Below, piece after piece: positions 1 to 11,100 of a stretch of DNA of 64,000 bases. A program made the translations under genes and the position numbers. The stretch is from Basidiobolus meristosporus CBS 931.73 (Eukaryota > Fungi > Basidiobolomycota): NCBI GenBank assembly GCA_002104905.1, contig MCFE01000473.1:5058-69057 (forward strand), in the 5' to 3' direction. The notes beneath the pieces were generated by a model. That model had not been told where the DNA came from. It searched no databases and saw only the letters and a program-made list of their open reading frames with translations. Numbering within the stretch: the stretch's first letter is position 1; each line of letters starts with the position of its first letter.

Positions 1-250
1 CTCCTCTGTTGGTATTGAGGCTGACTCTGAGCGCCTCAACAAGTTGATCTCTGAATTGGAAGGTAAGAACATCGAGGAGCTTATTGCCGAAGGAAAGGAA
101 AAGCTTGCCTCTGTTCCTTCTGGTGGTGCCGCTGCTGCTCCTGCTGGTGCTGCTGCTGCCGGTGGTGCCGAAGCCGCTCCTGCTGCTGCCAAGGAAGAAG
201 AAGCCAAGGAAGAGTCTGATGACGATATGGGCTTCGGTCTTTTCGATTAA
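1..250 (+). CDS. RPP2: 60S acidic ribosomal protein P2, 3' part (5' end lies outside the window)
   Basis: Frame reads [42 protein letters not shown], then an Ala-rich hinge and the canonical C-terminus [13 protein letters not shown]; stop TAA at 248-250. Confidence 0.97.
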   Translation, partial: SSVGIEADSERLNKLISELEGKNIEELIAEGKEKLASVPSGGAAAAPAGAAAAGGAEAAPAAAKEEEAKEESDDDMGFGLFD

Positions 251-661
251 AGGATTCAGAATCCATGAATGCATATTTTAATCAAAATATCCATCGAATT
301 CGACATTAAGGCTGTACCTCAGCTGTTGTATGCATAATAAACTCAAAACACCTACCTAATCGTTCGGTTATCAGTTAATGTTATTTGCCTTGAAAAGCAG
401 AAGTCGCGTAGCAAGAGGGCATACTAGCACTATTGTCAAGTGGAGTTTCCTGCCATGGAGGTCATGTTACTGATTTATTTAATACTTACTATTGGTACAT
501 CATGATATTTTGATGAGATAAATGAGAAACGGAGAAGGTCCATACATTCATAATGCTGGGGGATTAAATTAAAGCGATACGAATGGATGAACAAACTTGG
601 TGCGAAAAGATCTAAAAATATACTATTGCAGCACTGAATTAAGGGATATTCTAACGAGGGC

Positions 662-1717
662 TTAAGCACTAGGCCTGTTCTCTTCAATCTTCAATGTGAA
701 GTCGTCGTTCGCTGTGTTCTCCATGTTCTCCATTTGCGTGTCAACTGGCTGGTAAGCAGCTGGCTTCTTGGAATCATCAAGCCCGTACATGTAGCTAGAG
801 TAAATGACCAAGGAGGAGCCGAAGACGAAGAGAAGCGTGATGTGGAAATCAAATAGATAGATGGAAAAGATGCTGGAAACAATGATAGAGATGCTGGTTG
901 CAAATCCTTTCAGAATATTGTCAGCATACTTCACCACGATGGCCACAATAATGCCGCCGCATGCTTGACAGGCAATGGCCATAACGGTGTAGATGTTGTA
1001 TCCATACCAGAAACCGTTGTTGATCACACTATCTCCGTCCATCCACAAAACTCCCAGGAAGACGGCTGGGAATAACGAGAAGAAGGACAATTGAATGTTA
1101 CGCACCCAAATCGAAGCCCGAGTTCCTTTGAGGATCTTTTCGAAGTAGACACCTGCTAGGCCGGAGATCATGCAAGCGCACACAACTGTGATGAGGCCCA
1201 GAAGTCTTTGATTGCTCTTGTCCTCGGTGCTTTCCGAGGTCTTGGTTGGGAATTGAACCAAGACAACACCGATGGTGAGCAAGACCAGGGCGAGCCACTT
1301 TTTCATACTCAAGCTTCTGCGGAGAATGATGACAGTGCAGAGGGCGGTGGTGAGGATTTTAAGTTGGTAGGTAACTTGGAAAGTGGCGGCGTCCAATAGA
1401 GTGACGGCGACGTATTGAAGGTTATTCTGGAGAGTATATAGCCCAGCGGGAATCATCAACTTCCACGCATCTCGCCCGAAGATTTCCGACATGACCTCCC
1501 GATAATTAACGTGCCCCTTAGTATTAAGTTCGTCACGGGCATGCATGACAAGGCAGATAATTAATTTAGTCAGTTCAGAGAGCGTCACAGCCGTGGATGT
1601 AGCGTAGTGGGGTGTTGTGTCTCTAGACTGGGTCATCACCAGCACCAGAGCACTATTTTGGATGACCAAAATAATTAAGCTCAGGTACTTCATGGGGATC
1701 ATTTCTAGGAGCTTCAT
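662..1717 (-). CDS. UDP-galactose / nucleotide-sugar transporter (SLC35A2 / gms1-like), about 351 aa, CDS intronless
   Basis: Motifs KYLSLIILVIQNSALVLVM, PAGLYTLQNNLQYVA, FQVTYQLKILTTA, SGLAGVYFEKILKG, GGIIVAIVVKYADNILKGFATS. The ATG at 1717 directly follows a CTAAC..TTTCCTCCAG acceptor, so the ORF-track extension to 1741 is intronic. Confidence 0.93.
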   Translation of the reverse strand: MKLLEMIPMKYLSLIILVIQNSALVLVMTQSRDTTPHYATSTAVTLSELTKLIICLVMHARDELNTKGHVNYREVMSEIFGRDAWKLMIPAGLYTLQNNLQYVAVTLLDAATFQVTYQLKILTTALCTVIILRRSLSMKKWLALVLLTIGVVLVQFPTKTSESTEDKSNQRLLGLITVVCACMISGLAGVYFEKILKGTRASIWVRNIQLSFFSLFPAVFLGVLWMDGDSVINNGFWYGYNIYTVMAIACQACGGIIVAIVVKYADNILKGFATSISIIVSSIFSIYLFDFHITLLFVFGSSLVIYSSYMYGLDDSKKPAAYQPVDTQMENMENTANDDFTLKIEENRPSA

Positions 1718-2318
1718 CTGGAGGAAAGAGAGGTTAGGCAAACTGAATTGTGGTTCGACAACGAAGCGGGAGCTTTGCCTTCTGTGGAAATAGAAATACC
1801 TTCAGGACTGAGCAATTTCACCGCAAAACTCTATTCGGCTCAGACAGAGTGCCAGAAGAGATTAGAGAAAAAAGCGAAGTCGGAGTGAGAGAAAAATGGG
1901 AGTTAAATGGTGAGTCAGGTTCCAGAAAAGGTGGACTATTTTCAGCTCAATTGATGTAGAAGACACTTGCCTTTGTACACTATAGGCTCACAATACCAAC
2001 AAAATATCCACAAATATCCCTATCTAAAATTAGAACATTCTCAGCTCGGACTTATTGGTCAGCGCATTGTGAGCTTCTTGACACACAGTATAACCAAAAA
2101 CGAGCCTCACGCCAGCCTGAGTTACATGTGCAACAGCAACAACGGGCTCTGAGTGGTAAATTCAGAAATAAATTAAGGTCTAGCTTGAGTGGCTTTTATT
2201 CAATTCTAAAGTGTTACAACTCCTTGGGTGTTCTTGGCCAGGGATATTAGTCAATCGATGCCCATGAGGCGTCATGAGAGTATGTTCAATATTGTGCGGG
2301 TATTTGCCAGACATCAAA

Positions 2319-2844
2319 TTACTGTTGCATGGCGTCAACAGGTTTGGCGGAGCGATCCTTGCGTTCAAGGAGGGCTTTGCGATCCTTATCGAGCTTGACG
2401 CTTGTGACGACAACCTTGGAGGGATGAACGCCAATGGCAGTGGTGGCGCCGTTGACCTTCTCACGGGTGAGGCGCTCGATGTGAATGACCCATTTCTTAC
2501 GATACACTTGGACAACCTTGCCTTCACGGCCTTTGTAAGTGCCGCGGACCACTTGGACCTCATCATCCTTGCGGACAGGGATAGAGCGGGCGTGGTACTT
2601 CTCTCTTAATTCCTTGGAAAGGGGGGCAGACATGATCTTTCTACGAATGCTGGAGGGGGCGGCGAAGTGGGCCTTGCGGCTCTTGCGGCGAGAAGCGCTG
2701 ACGTCTGCAAATGATCGAGGGGTGTTTAGTTGAACGTCCAAGTGTACTCGAGGGCTGGTATGCCAGCATATGACGAGAGCAAGGCTGCGGTGGGATGGAT
2801 GTTATGCTATGCTTTATTGGATATTTACCTTTGCTGAACTTCAT
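2319..2844 (-). CDS. RPL26: 60S ribosomal protein L26 (uL24); exons 2844-2829 and 2704-2319
   Basis: ATG AAG TTC AGC AAA G|GTAAAT...TTTGCAG|AC GTC splices to [24 protein letters not shown]...[33 protein letters not shown]. Confidence 0.97.
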
Positions 2845-3567
2845 GTTTATACACTGCACAAATATTGGTATGTCTGAAAGAGAGGGGCTCCATCTTTAAT
2901 CAAGTGGATATTTGTTGCGATTTTCAGGTCACGTGCGGGGTCGGTTGGCGCCTATGGGCAAATAATCCTGGGACGGTGGAATCAGAATTGGAGAAACAGT
3001 ATCGGCCATGAAGCATCCGTGGAGTTTGAAATGAGGCATCAGCAATTAACGAGTATATGCACAATGAGGCAGTCCTCGGTTAATCGCCGAGGACCCGCCT
3101 GCAATGTACGCCAAACCAAAGCATGCCACGAACAAGTTTGAATCAAACCACTGCGAGCGGCCACATAGATTAGGTTAGAGCGGGCCGAGGCTGATGGCTC
3201 GTCGATCGTCTATTCTTGTCTGATTGTAGCCAATCAGTGTGATGGTTCGTAGCTGAACGGTGGTTTCCATGAGGTTCGACAGAATTTTCCTCAATCACAA
3301 GTTGTCAAATCACTAGATACTTTGCCATGGACAAGATCCTGGCTATGAATCGAGAGCAAACTTGACCAATTAAAGCTTCCATTCTGTACTATACAGAAAA
3401 TCCGTAGTAGCTTTCGGCTTCACAGGAGTGAGCTTCTGTATTCACTATATAAGGTTTCTCGACTCATTCCACCAAAGAACCCCAATACGACTCTGTACCA
3501 GAGAGCTGGCCCATCGTCTCCATTTTTTGCTTTACACCTCAAAGTTACCAAATCTAATTCAAGAATC

Positions 3568-4957
3568 ATGGGAGAGGTAGGTGGAGTATTGTTGTTTCAT
3601 GAGGTTGTTCGAAGCCTACAACTAACATCCACTAGTTTGAAGAGCTTATGAGGCTAGCTGCACAACACACCCGAGAAGTCGATAAGGAGCTGGAGCGAAA
3701 GAAGAAGCGACAGCAACTGGAAGAAGAGAGGAGGAAAAAGGGGGAGGAGAGAAGAAGACAGGAGGAGAAAGCTTCTTCTGCCGCCCAGCTAGCAGAGAGG
3801 AGAAAAAATGATTTAAAGCTGGAAAGGGAGAGGGAAGAGCGTAGGAGAGAGAAAGAGCGGGAATTGTTAAGAGAAAAATTAAAGAAAGATAATGCTAGAG
3901 AAAAGGAAGCAAAACCAGCCCCTTACAAAAGGGAAACATTGTTACCGCAACCAAAGCAAAAAGTTCGTTTGACTAGTTCTCTTCAACTTCCTATCTATGT
4001 CATATTAAGTGGTTTCTTACTTAGCCATCGTTGTCGTTCGATGATCTAATTAGCCAGGCTTCTGAAATCCCCACAACATCGCTCAAGCTTATCCCCACTA
4101 GTAGGGGGGAAAAGGGCTCAATGGGTCGCCACTCTAAAGTTTCAAAGAGCGTCCAGGGAAATCGGGCAGAGTTTAGGCGTACGTCTAGTTCCATAGAAGC
4201 AGATAGGAGCCGTTCTAGTCGACCTCAAGTCCATCGTAACCTAAGTGAAGCGAGCACAACGAAGGGTGTACTTAGATCTCGAGATGGTCATCAAAAGGAC
4301 AGTAGAGCAAACGCCTCCATTCCAAATCGTGACGCTCGACTTGATCTATCATCAAGATACACGCAATCTCCTATCTCAAGGGATGGTAAAAGATCCACCA
4401 GCGAACCCAGCACTGCTATCAAGGGAGCAAAAACACCCCCCATCCCCAAGTACTCAAATGACAAGCCCCGCCGCCGCAGTTTGTCACCACCAGGAAGATC
4501 TCGCAAGAGGGCCTCATCCCCGCGCAGACCATCGAGTCGGAAGTCGATTGACGAAAGTGATTTCAACGAGGATTATGTGAAGCAAAATAACATATCGTCC
4601 ATTATAGGCCAACTTTTCGGCTATGATAGATCCAGGTAAGCTGCCCATCTTATTCGGGGTTGATAGTTTATTCACCCGATTTGCAATTCAGGTACGCCAA
4701 TGAAAGGTACTCCGATGACGATATGGAGGCTAGCATCTCAGATCTCAGGAAGGAAGAATCTAGAAGGTATTTGACATAGTGAGCAATACAATACATACAC
4801 CGTAGCATCATCACTTAAGCTCTGTTCAATATCCAGCGCCAAGATAGCACGACTTGAAGATGAGCGTGAGGAGGAACTCGAGAGACTGGAGCAGGAGCGC
4901 CTTAGGGCTCGCAAAAAAGCTAGATTGGGGATGGATAAAAAGAAAAGCCCTCGTTAG
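3568..4957 (+). CDS. SPT2: SPT2-family chromatin protein; exons 3568-3576, 3636-3962, 4025-4635, 4692-4766, 4837-4957
   Basis: Four GT-AG introns of 56-70 nt splice in frame. They join MGEFEELMRLAA, a charged coiled coil, SFDDLISQA, a Ser/Arg-rich linker and the SPT2 C-terminal motif ISSIIGQLFGYDRSRY...DDMEASISDLRKEESRSAKIARLEDEREE. Confidence 0.85.
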
Positions 4958-5199
4958 CGTGTGAAACCTAAGAAGCACCATTGAAAACTCATAGCATTGT
5001 AAATTAAATCAAATACATACTGTCTCCCCAAATACACACTGCCTCCCCAAATACATGCCAGTCCATCAGACGCGTGCTCAATGTATGCAAGGACTTGCTG
5101 CCCAACTTTGCGCATTTGCGCTGGCTAATCATGTAACTGGGAATAGACAAACAATACACCTGTGGAACGAGGAGCTCCTAGCCAGCTGGCTTTCATAGA

Positions 5200-7206
5200 T
5201 GCAGGCTATCCCGTGTTTTGCTATTCCAGGGAGAAAAAGATCACATTGGTGAGACAGGGTGCTCCATACGTTACCAGTGCCGTTGGTGAATAATTGGGCA
5301 GATCTAGAAATTCCACAGCCTGCATACCTCGCAAATAGCGGCATTACGACCACCTCACAGACAGCACAAGATCTGTAAGTGCTATTCAAATTCGCCGTAA
5401 ATCAAGATGCAAATAGAGATAGATCCAGCAATTGCATGGTGTCCAGCAAATCGTTTCCTCGTGAGGAGGACACTGGGCAATGCGTTGTAGAAGGTTACTC
5501 CGATCAGAAGGTACCGATTAAGTACGAGTGCTCGAGTCTGATTTATCGGCACAGATTGTTCTTGATCCTCTCTACTCCAGGTCGTGTTCCGCGACCGAGT
5601 GTTTCAGAATAGGCCATTCGAAGAAGCCGGAGTTTCATCCGATCAACTATTGCTTGGGTATACAAGCGCCGAAATGGAAATGATTGCTTCTCGTCAGCTT
5701 GGAAGACGTAAGCCTCCCCATTTGGGATTGAGAATACAATGCAAGAGAGTTTACGCAATCCGAGATCCATATGAACTTGGTACTGCATACGGATGCTCGC
5801 TTATTCTAAACCAAAAGGCCTCAGCATCTGATCTATCGTCTTACACATGATCAGCTCAACGATTCTGTTTCGTAAAAATTCCACAGATATGGTTCTAAAC
5901 CAGTTCTATATTCCCATGGACTTTGGAATACACTACTGGTTTCCACTCACCGTTAAGGGAGCCATTACACCACAGAAAACCGATAACATACCATTTGAGC
6001 AGCAATCCAGAGTCATTGTTGGCATTATCTTCGGGGAATGTTTAAGACAATACAGCTCTTGCCAGAAAAACCTGCTTTGTGCTGGTGGGGCTCGCAATAG
6101 GAGGTCGCCGTATCGGAACAAAGGACAGAGGGTTACTAAGCTATCTCACTAATGTGCTGCTCGGAGTCTTGGTTGGAGGGTGACCCTGATAAAGAGGCGC
6201 GGCAGCGCATCATCGTGTTATCATCAAATATCACTGCCAATTCTTGTGCTATGTAAACTGGCTAGACTCTTGCAGCATGGTTAATTTTACCAATAACAGC
6301 TGCGTAAAAGGGTGATACATATTCAGCGGATTACTAAAGATGTGCGAGAAGTGGTCTTTTAGGCTGTGGTTGGACGTTTTCTGGGTACACCTTGGATCAC
6401 AGATATTTACGTGCCATCAGCATGAATGTGGTTTGCTGCTCTACATGATTGGCTCTTGGACGCAAGAATACTGTTTGTAAAAGCTTGCGTCGATAAACTA
6501 TTGGTAAGCTTCCCAATTTGCCGATATTGGGGTAACCATTCGCCAACCCAGCTGATACGCTAATCATTGGTATGTACGCTTTCAGATTGGTCCTGTGCTA
6601 TCGAAAGAGACTGATCATCTACCCGGTTTTTCTCAGCGGAAGTAGGCTGCGATCAGAGTTCGATACACAGGAGTATAATTGTTTCGATCAAGAATGCACA
6701 ACTCTTGGATGATGCTTGTGCTAATTTGCTATTTAACAAAAATGGACTCCTCTATGCGCTATTGTGCACCTCCATAGGTATCCAACCGGTTGTGGGTTGA
6801 GTACTTAGCTAAGAGTCGTTTATGGAGGTTCCAGAGTATCGTCGAACCTTGGCTAGCCTGTACCTACTACAAATTACAAGGCTTTGAAACCCAGGAGGCT
6901 GGGCAGTGGAGTGATGTAACGGGGATCACTCAGCTTATGGTTATAATGTTTCTTGTAGCCATTGTCGGGTATTCGCCCCGACAACCAATTACGAGTAGAG
7001 CAACTCCACATTCTCACCGATTCCTACTGCTACTGCTACTGTCACACCTGGCTCGATCTTTGCCTTGATTTTATAGTTAGTCCAGTTGTTTCCATACAAA
7101 AGTTCTATTGGCCCCGACCCTTTACTAGGAGAATTCAGTTGAAAACCAGTTTGTCGGGCTGAAGAAGTATTGGCCAAGAGCCCTCGATCATTGTGATTTC
7201 ATTTAA
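5200..7206 (+). CDS. Candidate multi-exon orphan gene or pseudogene; only the last three exons modelled (6778-6915, 6959-7075, 7129-7206)
   Basis: Donors GTAACG and GTTAGT, TAG acceptors, and 43 and 53 nt introns give an open frame VSNRLWVEYLAKSRLW...KKYWPRALDHCDFI*. More short GT..AG segments lie upstream (e.g. near 5790-5820 and 5872-5903) but could not be joined with confidence. No family recognised; the start is approximate. Confidence 0.3.
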
Positions 7207-7350
7207 ATTAGGTTGTTTCTGTTGGGGAGTGGTGAGGCTGAGTAACAACAGGCCCATTAACTTCTATAAAACTCTGGCATTCCCCTCTGAAGTTCGTATA
7301 TCGCTTCTCCTTGTATATCACAGTAGCGTTATTTTCTTCATATCAAGGTC

Positions 7351-8298
7351 ATGGATCTGCTTGCCACCGACAGTATTCGCCTCCCGGAAATGATAGCTGC
7401 TCCGCATTATATGCAGAGTTCCAAGAATCCATCCGAGGTTTACATGAACATCTCACTATTCCCATTCAACAATATTCAGAAAAGTCTGGCGTCAAAGAGA
7501 TACACATACTGCGTAGTTCCTGAGGGCTATCACGCTCTTTTGGTCCCAGAGAGGGACTACCAGATTCTTACGAAAAAAATTGGCCCAACAGAAGGCCAGC
7601 ACATTCCAGCAAGAGGAAACGTGAAGACCGAGTCTTCAGTGGAAGATAAAGGAGACGCTCAGTCCGAGAAACCGCGTCGACCACCGAACCCATTCTTCTT
7701 GTTCAGGAAGGATAAACAAGCCAGTGTTTTTGCCCAGCACAGAGGGATCTCTAACCTGGAGGTTTCAAAGGTTGTTGGTAGAATGTGGAAAACTGCCAGC
7801 TTTCAAGAAAAAGAGTACTATCAGCGCTTGGCCGAGGAATTCAAGAAGGAGCATCAGGAGAAGTATCCGAATTACAAATACAGCCCGGCGAAGCAGAAGA
7901 GAAAGTGCAAGAAGAACGAGTGTGGATTCAGTAACAAACGCGCTCGATTCGTTCAACTCCCTATGAGTGAAGACTCTAGCCTTAACAGTCTTCTAACTAC
8001 CAGCCACAATATAACCTCGGTGCAGAAACCGCATGATTATGTATCGCCGACAGAGATACCACTGAGTGGGATACCGTCAAATGATTCACAAGAGTTCGAC
8101 ATCTCTACAGATTTGGATTCGCCAATATTTTCGGAATATGCTTTCCCTAGTGCTGAAGTATGGCCGGCTAGTAGTATACCACTCGAGCAGAGCCCTTGCA
8201 GCTTCAATGAGTTACACTTCTCGGACACCAACAAGTTGCTCTACAGCCAAGGATACTATGACCCTCTCTTGATATCACACCAATACTTGCAGAATTAG
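7351..8298 (+). CDS. MATA_HMG / SOX-TCF class HMG-box transcription factor, Mat-Mc-like; candidate mating-type protein, 315 aa, intronless
   Basis: HMG box at ~7669-7890: KPRRPPNPFFLFRKDKQ...ISNLEVSKVVGRMWK...YQRLAEEFKKEHQEKYPNYKYSP, followed by a basic tail. Upstream motif YCVVPEGYHALLVP (7507-7548); Ser/Pro/acidic C-terminus. HMG class is certain; a mating-type role is inference. Confidence 0.9.
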   Translation: MDLLATDSIRLPEMIAAPHYMQSSKNPSEVYMNISLFPFNNIQKSLASKRYTYCVVPEGYHALLVPERDYQILTKKIGPTEGQHIPARGNVKTESSVEDKGDAQSEKPRRPPNPFFLFRKDKQASVFAQHRGISNLEVSKVVGRMWKTASFQEKEYYQRLAEEFKKEHQEKYPNYKYSPAKQKRKCKKNECGFSNKRARFVQLPMSEDSSLNSLLTTSHNITSVQKPHDYVSPTEIPLSGIPSNDSQEFDISTDLDSPIFSEYAFPSAEVWPASSIPLEQSPCSFNELHFSDTNKLLYSQGYYDPLLISHQYLQN

Positions 8299-8539
8299 AT
8301 TTCAAGATCCCATCACTGTAATCCTTAGAAATCTAATTAGATTGCTGTCTATACCGACACTCACTATGTATATATCTTATCTAATTCATTTTGGCACAAT
8401 ACATTGGTTATAAAATATTGATATCTACGTATTTCAATGATTCTAAGCTGGGGAATATCATCAGGGGAACACACTAGTAAATATTTGTAGATGCTTAGTG
8501 ATTATCCGACGACCTGATGGGATTGATAGAAGGGTACAG

Positions 8540-9230
8540 CTAGCATGGGCAATCCATGGATGTGGAGGAAAATGATTTGAAATCATGAACCAAATGTTTG
8601 GACCTCGGTTTTTCCAGGTCTGACTTTCTTATGATTGAATAGAGTAGCGGTGAGAGTCTGGAAAATCGGAACAGGTTGTAACCAAAACACACATATTGGG
8701 TAGCACACACACACTTGCTTACCAGGATATATGAACCCATGACCAATTCAACAGAAAAAGCCACTATAAGATAATGCTCCTCGCAATAAAGGTGAGAAGA
8801 GCTCACTCCACCTGTTGAAGCTGGGCATTACATCTGACGTTAGACAGTGCCTGTGGAGAACTAGAGTAATCAAAGCCGCACGTAAGCTTCAAGCCAACCG
8901 CATTTGTCTATGGCGGACTCGACATTTTGGTATATCACAGATAGAGGAGGGGGAGGTACCTATGGCCAAATGGTTAGCTGAGGAGAGTCTGCTTTGAGTC
9001 TCTAAAAAGCCAGATTTAAATCTTGTTCAGCCAACAGAACACGATCTTCCTGTACCTATGGTCCTCCAGGCGAATCAATTACATACATATTATAAAGGAA
9101 ACTTGGAGGCAGGGAATTCGACATGTTTAGCTATTAGTATAGCAGCAAATACTGGTTCCCTCCAATAGCCCAATTGGAAGCTGGTTTAGCTCCATTGGTT
9201 GGGGTGAGGACTCAATTAACCGAGGCTTTC
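8540..9230 (-). CDS. Possible multi-exon orphan gene (unresolved)
   Basis: On the minus strand a GCTAAC branch site with CCATAG acceptor precedes the exon VPPPPLSVIYQNVESAIDKCGWLEAY (~8958-8882). Further donors (GTATGT, GTAAGC) are spaced like short introns. No complete model and no homology recognised. Confidence 0.2.
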
Positions 9231-10789
9231 GATCATGATCGGAGTAACACATCATCTAGGCAGCAATCGGAGTAGAGTCTCAAGTCTTGTGTTCTATGCA
9301 GAACCAGAAAGAGGCCTCAAAGATCTCCATTCATCATATTGCATATCTTGTCTTAATCACTAAAAGCATATTTATTGAGATGGCATTTATTGATATTTAT
9401 GCAACAATGCAACATCTTCTAGGTTCTAGATTGGCCACCACGTATTACTCCTTATGGTTAAAATAACCAGAAGTTTGGTGAATTCGTAAGGTCTTAGTAA
9501 TTCTAGTGGTAAATCAACCCGGTTTTGGATCGATTTGGATCCCCAAGTGACGAGCCCTGGTGGCAAAATACGATAGTACTTCCGTTTGCACCGGGCACAT
9601 ACGCTGTGGCACTGATGGCAACTTCCGCATTGATTTGTTGGAGCCCGAATCAGATAATTATTTATCACTTCATTGTGATCGAAGCCTTCGAGAAGCGACC
9701 AAACCAGAGTTTTCCCCAAGCGAACATGTTTCAAAATTGTCGGTCATCTTGATCGTTGAGCGTCCATATTTGTGGGGAGTCATGCTTTTGATATCAGTGG
9801 ATTCGCTCATTATGGGCCAATAGAGAATTAAAAGTCCCTCTTTGGCCCGCCCTATATACTGGTTTGAATTCTAATTACTCCTAGAAACAAGTGCCATATA
9901 TCAGGTACCCGGAAATGGTGTGTTCTTGTATTCATTACCCTACATATGTTGGGGAGAATATCCCACAACCGAGACCTGACTTCTCCACACTCAACATTGT
10001 CTCTAGGCGCTTCATGCCAGTTTGGTTCGGTGGTTCAGTATTCCCAGAAGCGAGTCTTCTGCTGGATGCTCATCGCCCCAGTTCCCTCCACCTCAAATGG
10101 CGACAAGCCACTAGAAGCCTCTTAATTTAAACTGAGATTTGATATATCTGAGAGGATGCTTATAAATCAATTGGGCGACTACTTTCTGCTCGATATGTTA
10201 CATACGTACCATCCACTTGACCTTGGTTGGGCTTTTTGAGAACCTGGCCCAATAATGATTACATAAATAGTAGTATTGACTCCTCTAGTCACCCATGTAA
10301 ACTCAATGTGATTCACAATATACCAGAACGTAGTGGCCCAAATCAACACTTGGAGCGTTCCCCGGTCATGTGAGTACGATTTGCTACAAAAAGGTAAATC
10401 CTTAATTGGTTGGAGATCCGATCACATACTTCATAATAAGAGAGACTTACAGTCGGTTTTACAGAGGATTCAGTCGACGTTCCTACGATTTCTGAGAAAG
10501 CCAAGTGTGGTGCATGAGAACGAAACAAATCTCCTAATAGGTATACCTTGTGAACTTCATATGGGTTGGGTGTCCTGAAATGATATGGAGGCCAACGAAA
10601 TGATCAATCACTAGCACAGGACTCAGATGGGTCATTGTGCCTGCTTGTTACTGATTGGGTACCTTTCTTCCCCTTTCATCAGAGCTTTTGTGGGCTTTTG
10701 TGCGATGTACAATAATTGGTCTACTCACAATATTGAGAGGAGAATTAACAAGCGAATTTAGGCATGAGGTATAGGGCAAATGGAAGGAT

Positions 10790-11100
10790 TAGCCGAATGT
10801 GCTCGCCGATCAATTAATTCAGCGCGGTGTTGATACCAAGCTTCGTCTCAAACCAGTATTACCATGGCATATTGGCGTAAGGCGAATACTACGCCAACTA
10901 TGGGGCTTAGCTCCGCTTGATAGTTTATGCATGATATTGATGCCATTGAATCCACGACTTATCAGATTCTTCATCTCTCCATGCGTATACGTAAGATATG
11001 CCCCGATTTTTCGCCTTGTTGGTTGAACGGTCTCAAAGGCCAGCCGCAAAGGCTTATGCTAGCTCATTTGGAATTCGGAAAGGTGGTAACTAGCGGCTGA
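10790..11100 (+). CDS. Candidate multi-exon orphan gene segment; exons ~10793-10876, 10924-10990, 11039-11100 (may extend both ways)
   Basis: Two GTAAG donors with 47 and 48 nt introns splice in frame to LADQLIQRGVDTKLRLKPVLPWHIG-FMHDIDAIESTTYQILHLSMRIR-QPQRLMLAHLEFGK. No family recognised. Confidence 0.3.

Noticed and set aside
81-2733. Overlapping alternative-frame and antisense ORFs over RPP2, the transporter and RPL26 (e.g. 2274-2609, 2180-2566)
   Set aside because: Shadow frames of GC3-rich conserved genes with no independent signal.
662-8298. Transporter plus HMG gene as a Mucorales-type sex locus (tptA-sex-rnhA)
   Set aside because: The transporter is a UDP-galactose (SLC35A2-like) type, not a triose-phosphate transporter; it is three genes away, and no RNA helicase is present.
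9426-9823. Cys-rich CGSCHQCHSVCARC ORF and two overlapping plus-strand ORFs
   Set aside because: Three mutually overlapping short ORFs, two without ATG starts and none with a recognisable domain; the Cys spacing fits no zinc finger I can name.
8882-10350. Shared IYQNV peptide (8.9 kb minus and 10.3 kb plus) as evidence of paralogy
   Set aside because: A 5-aa match is expected by chance among six frames of 6 kb, and the similarity does not extend.
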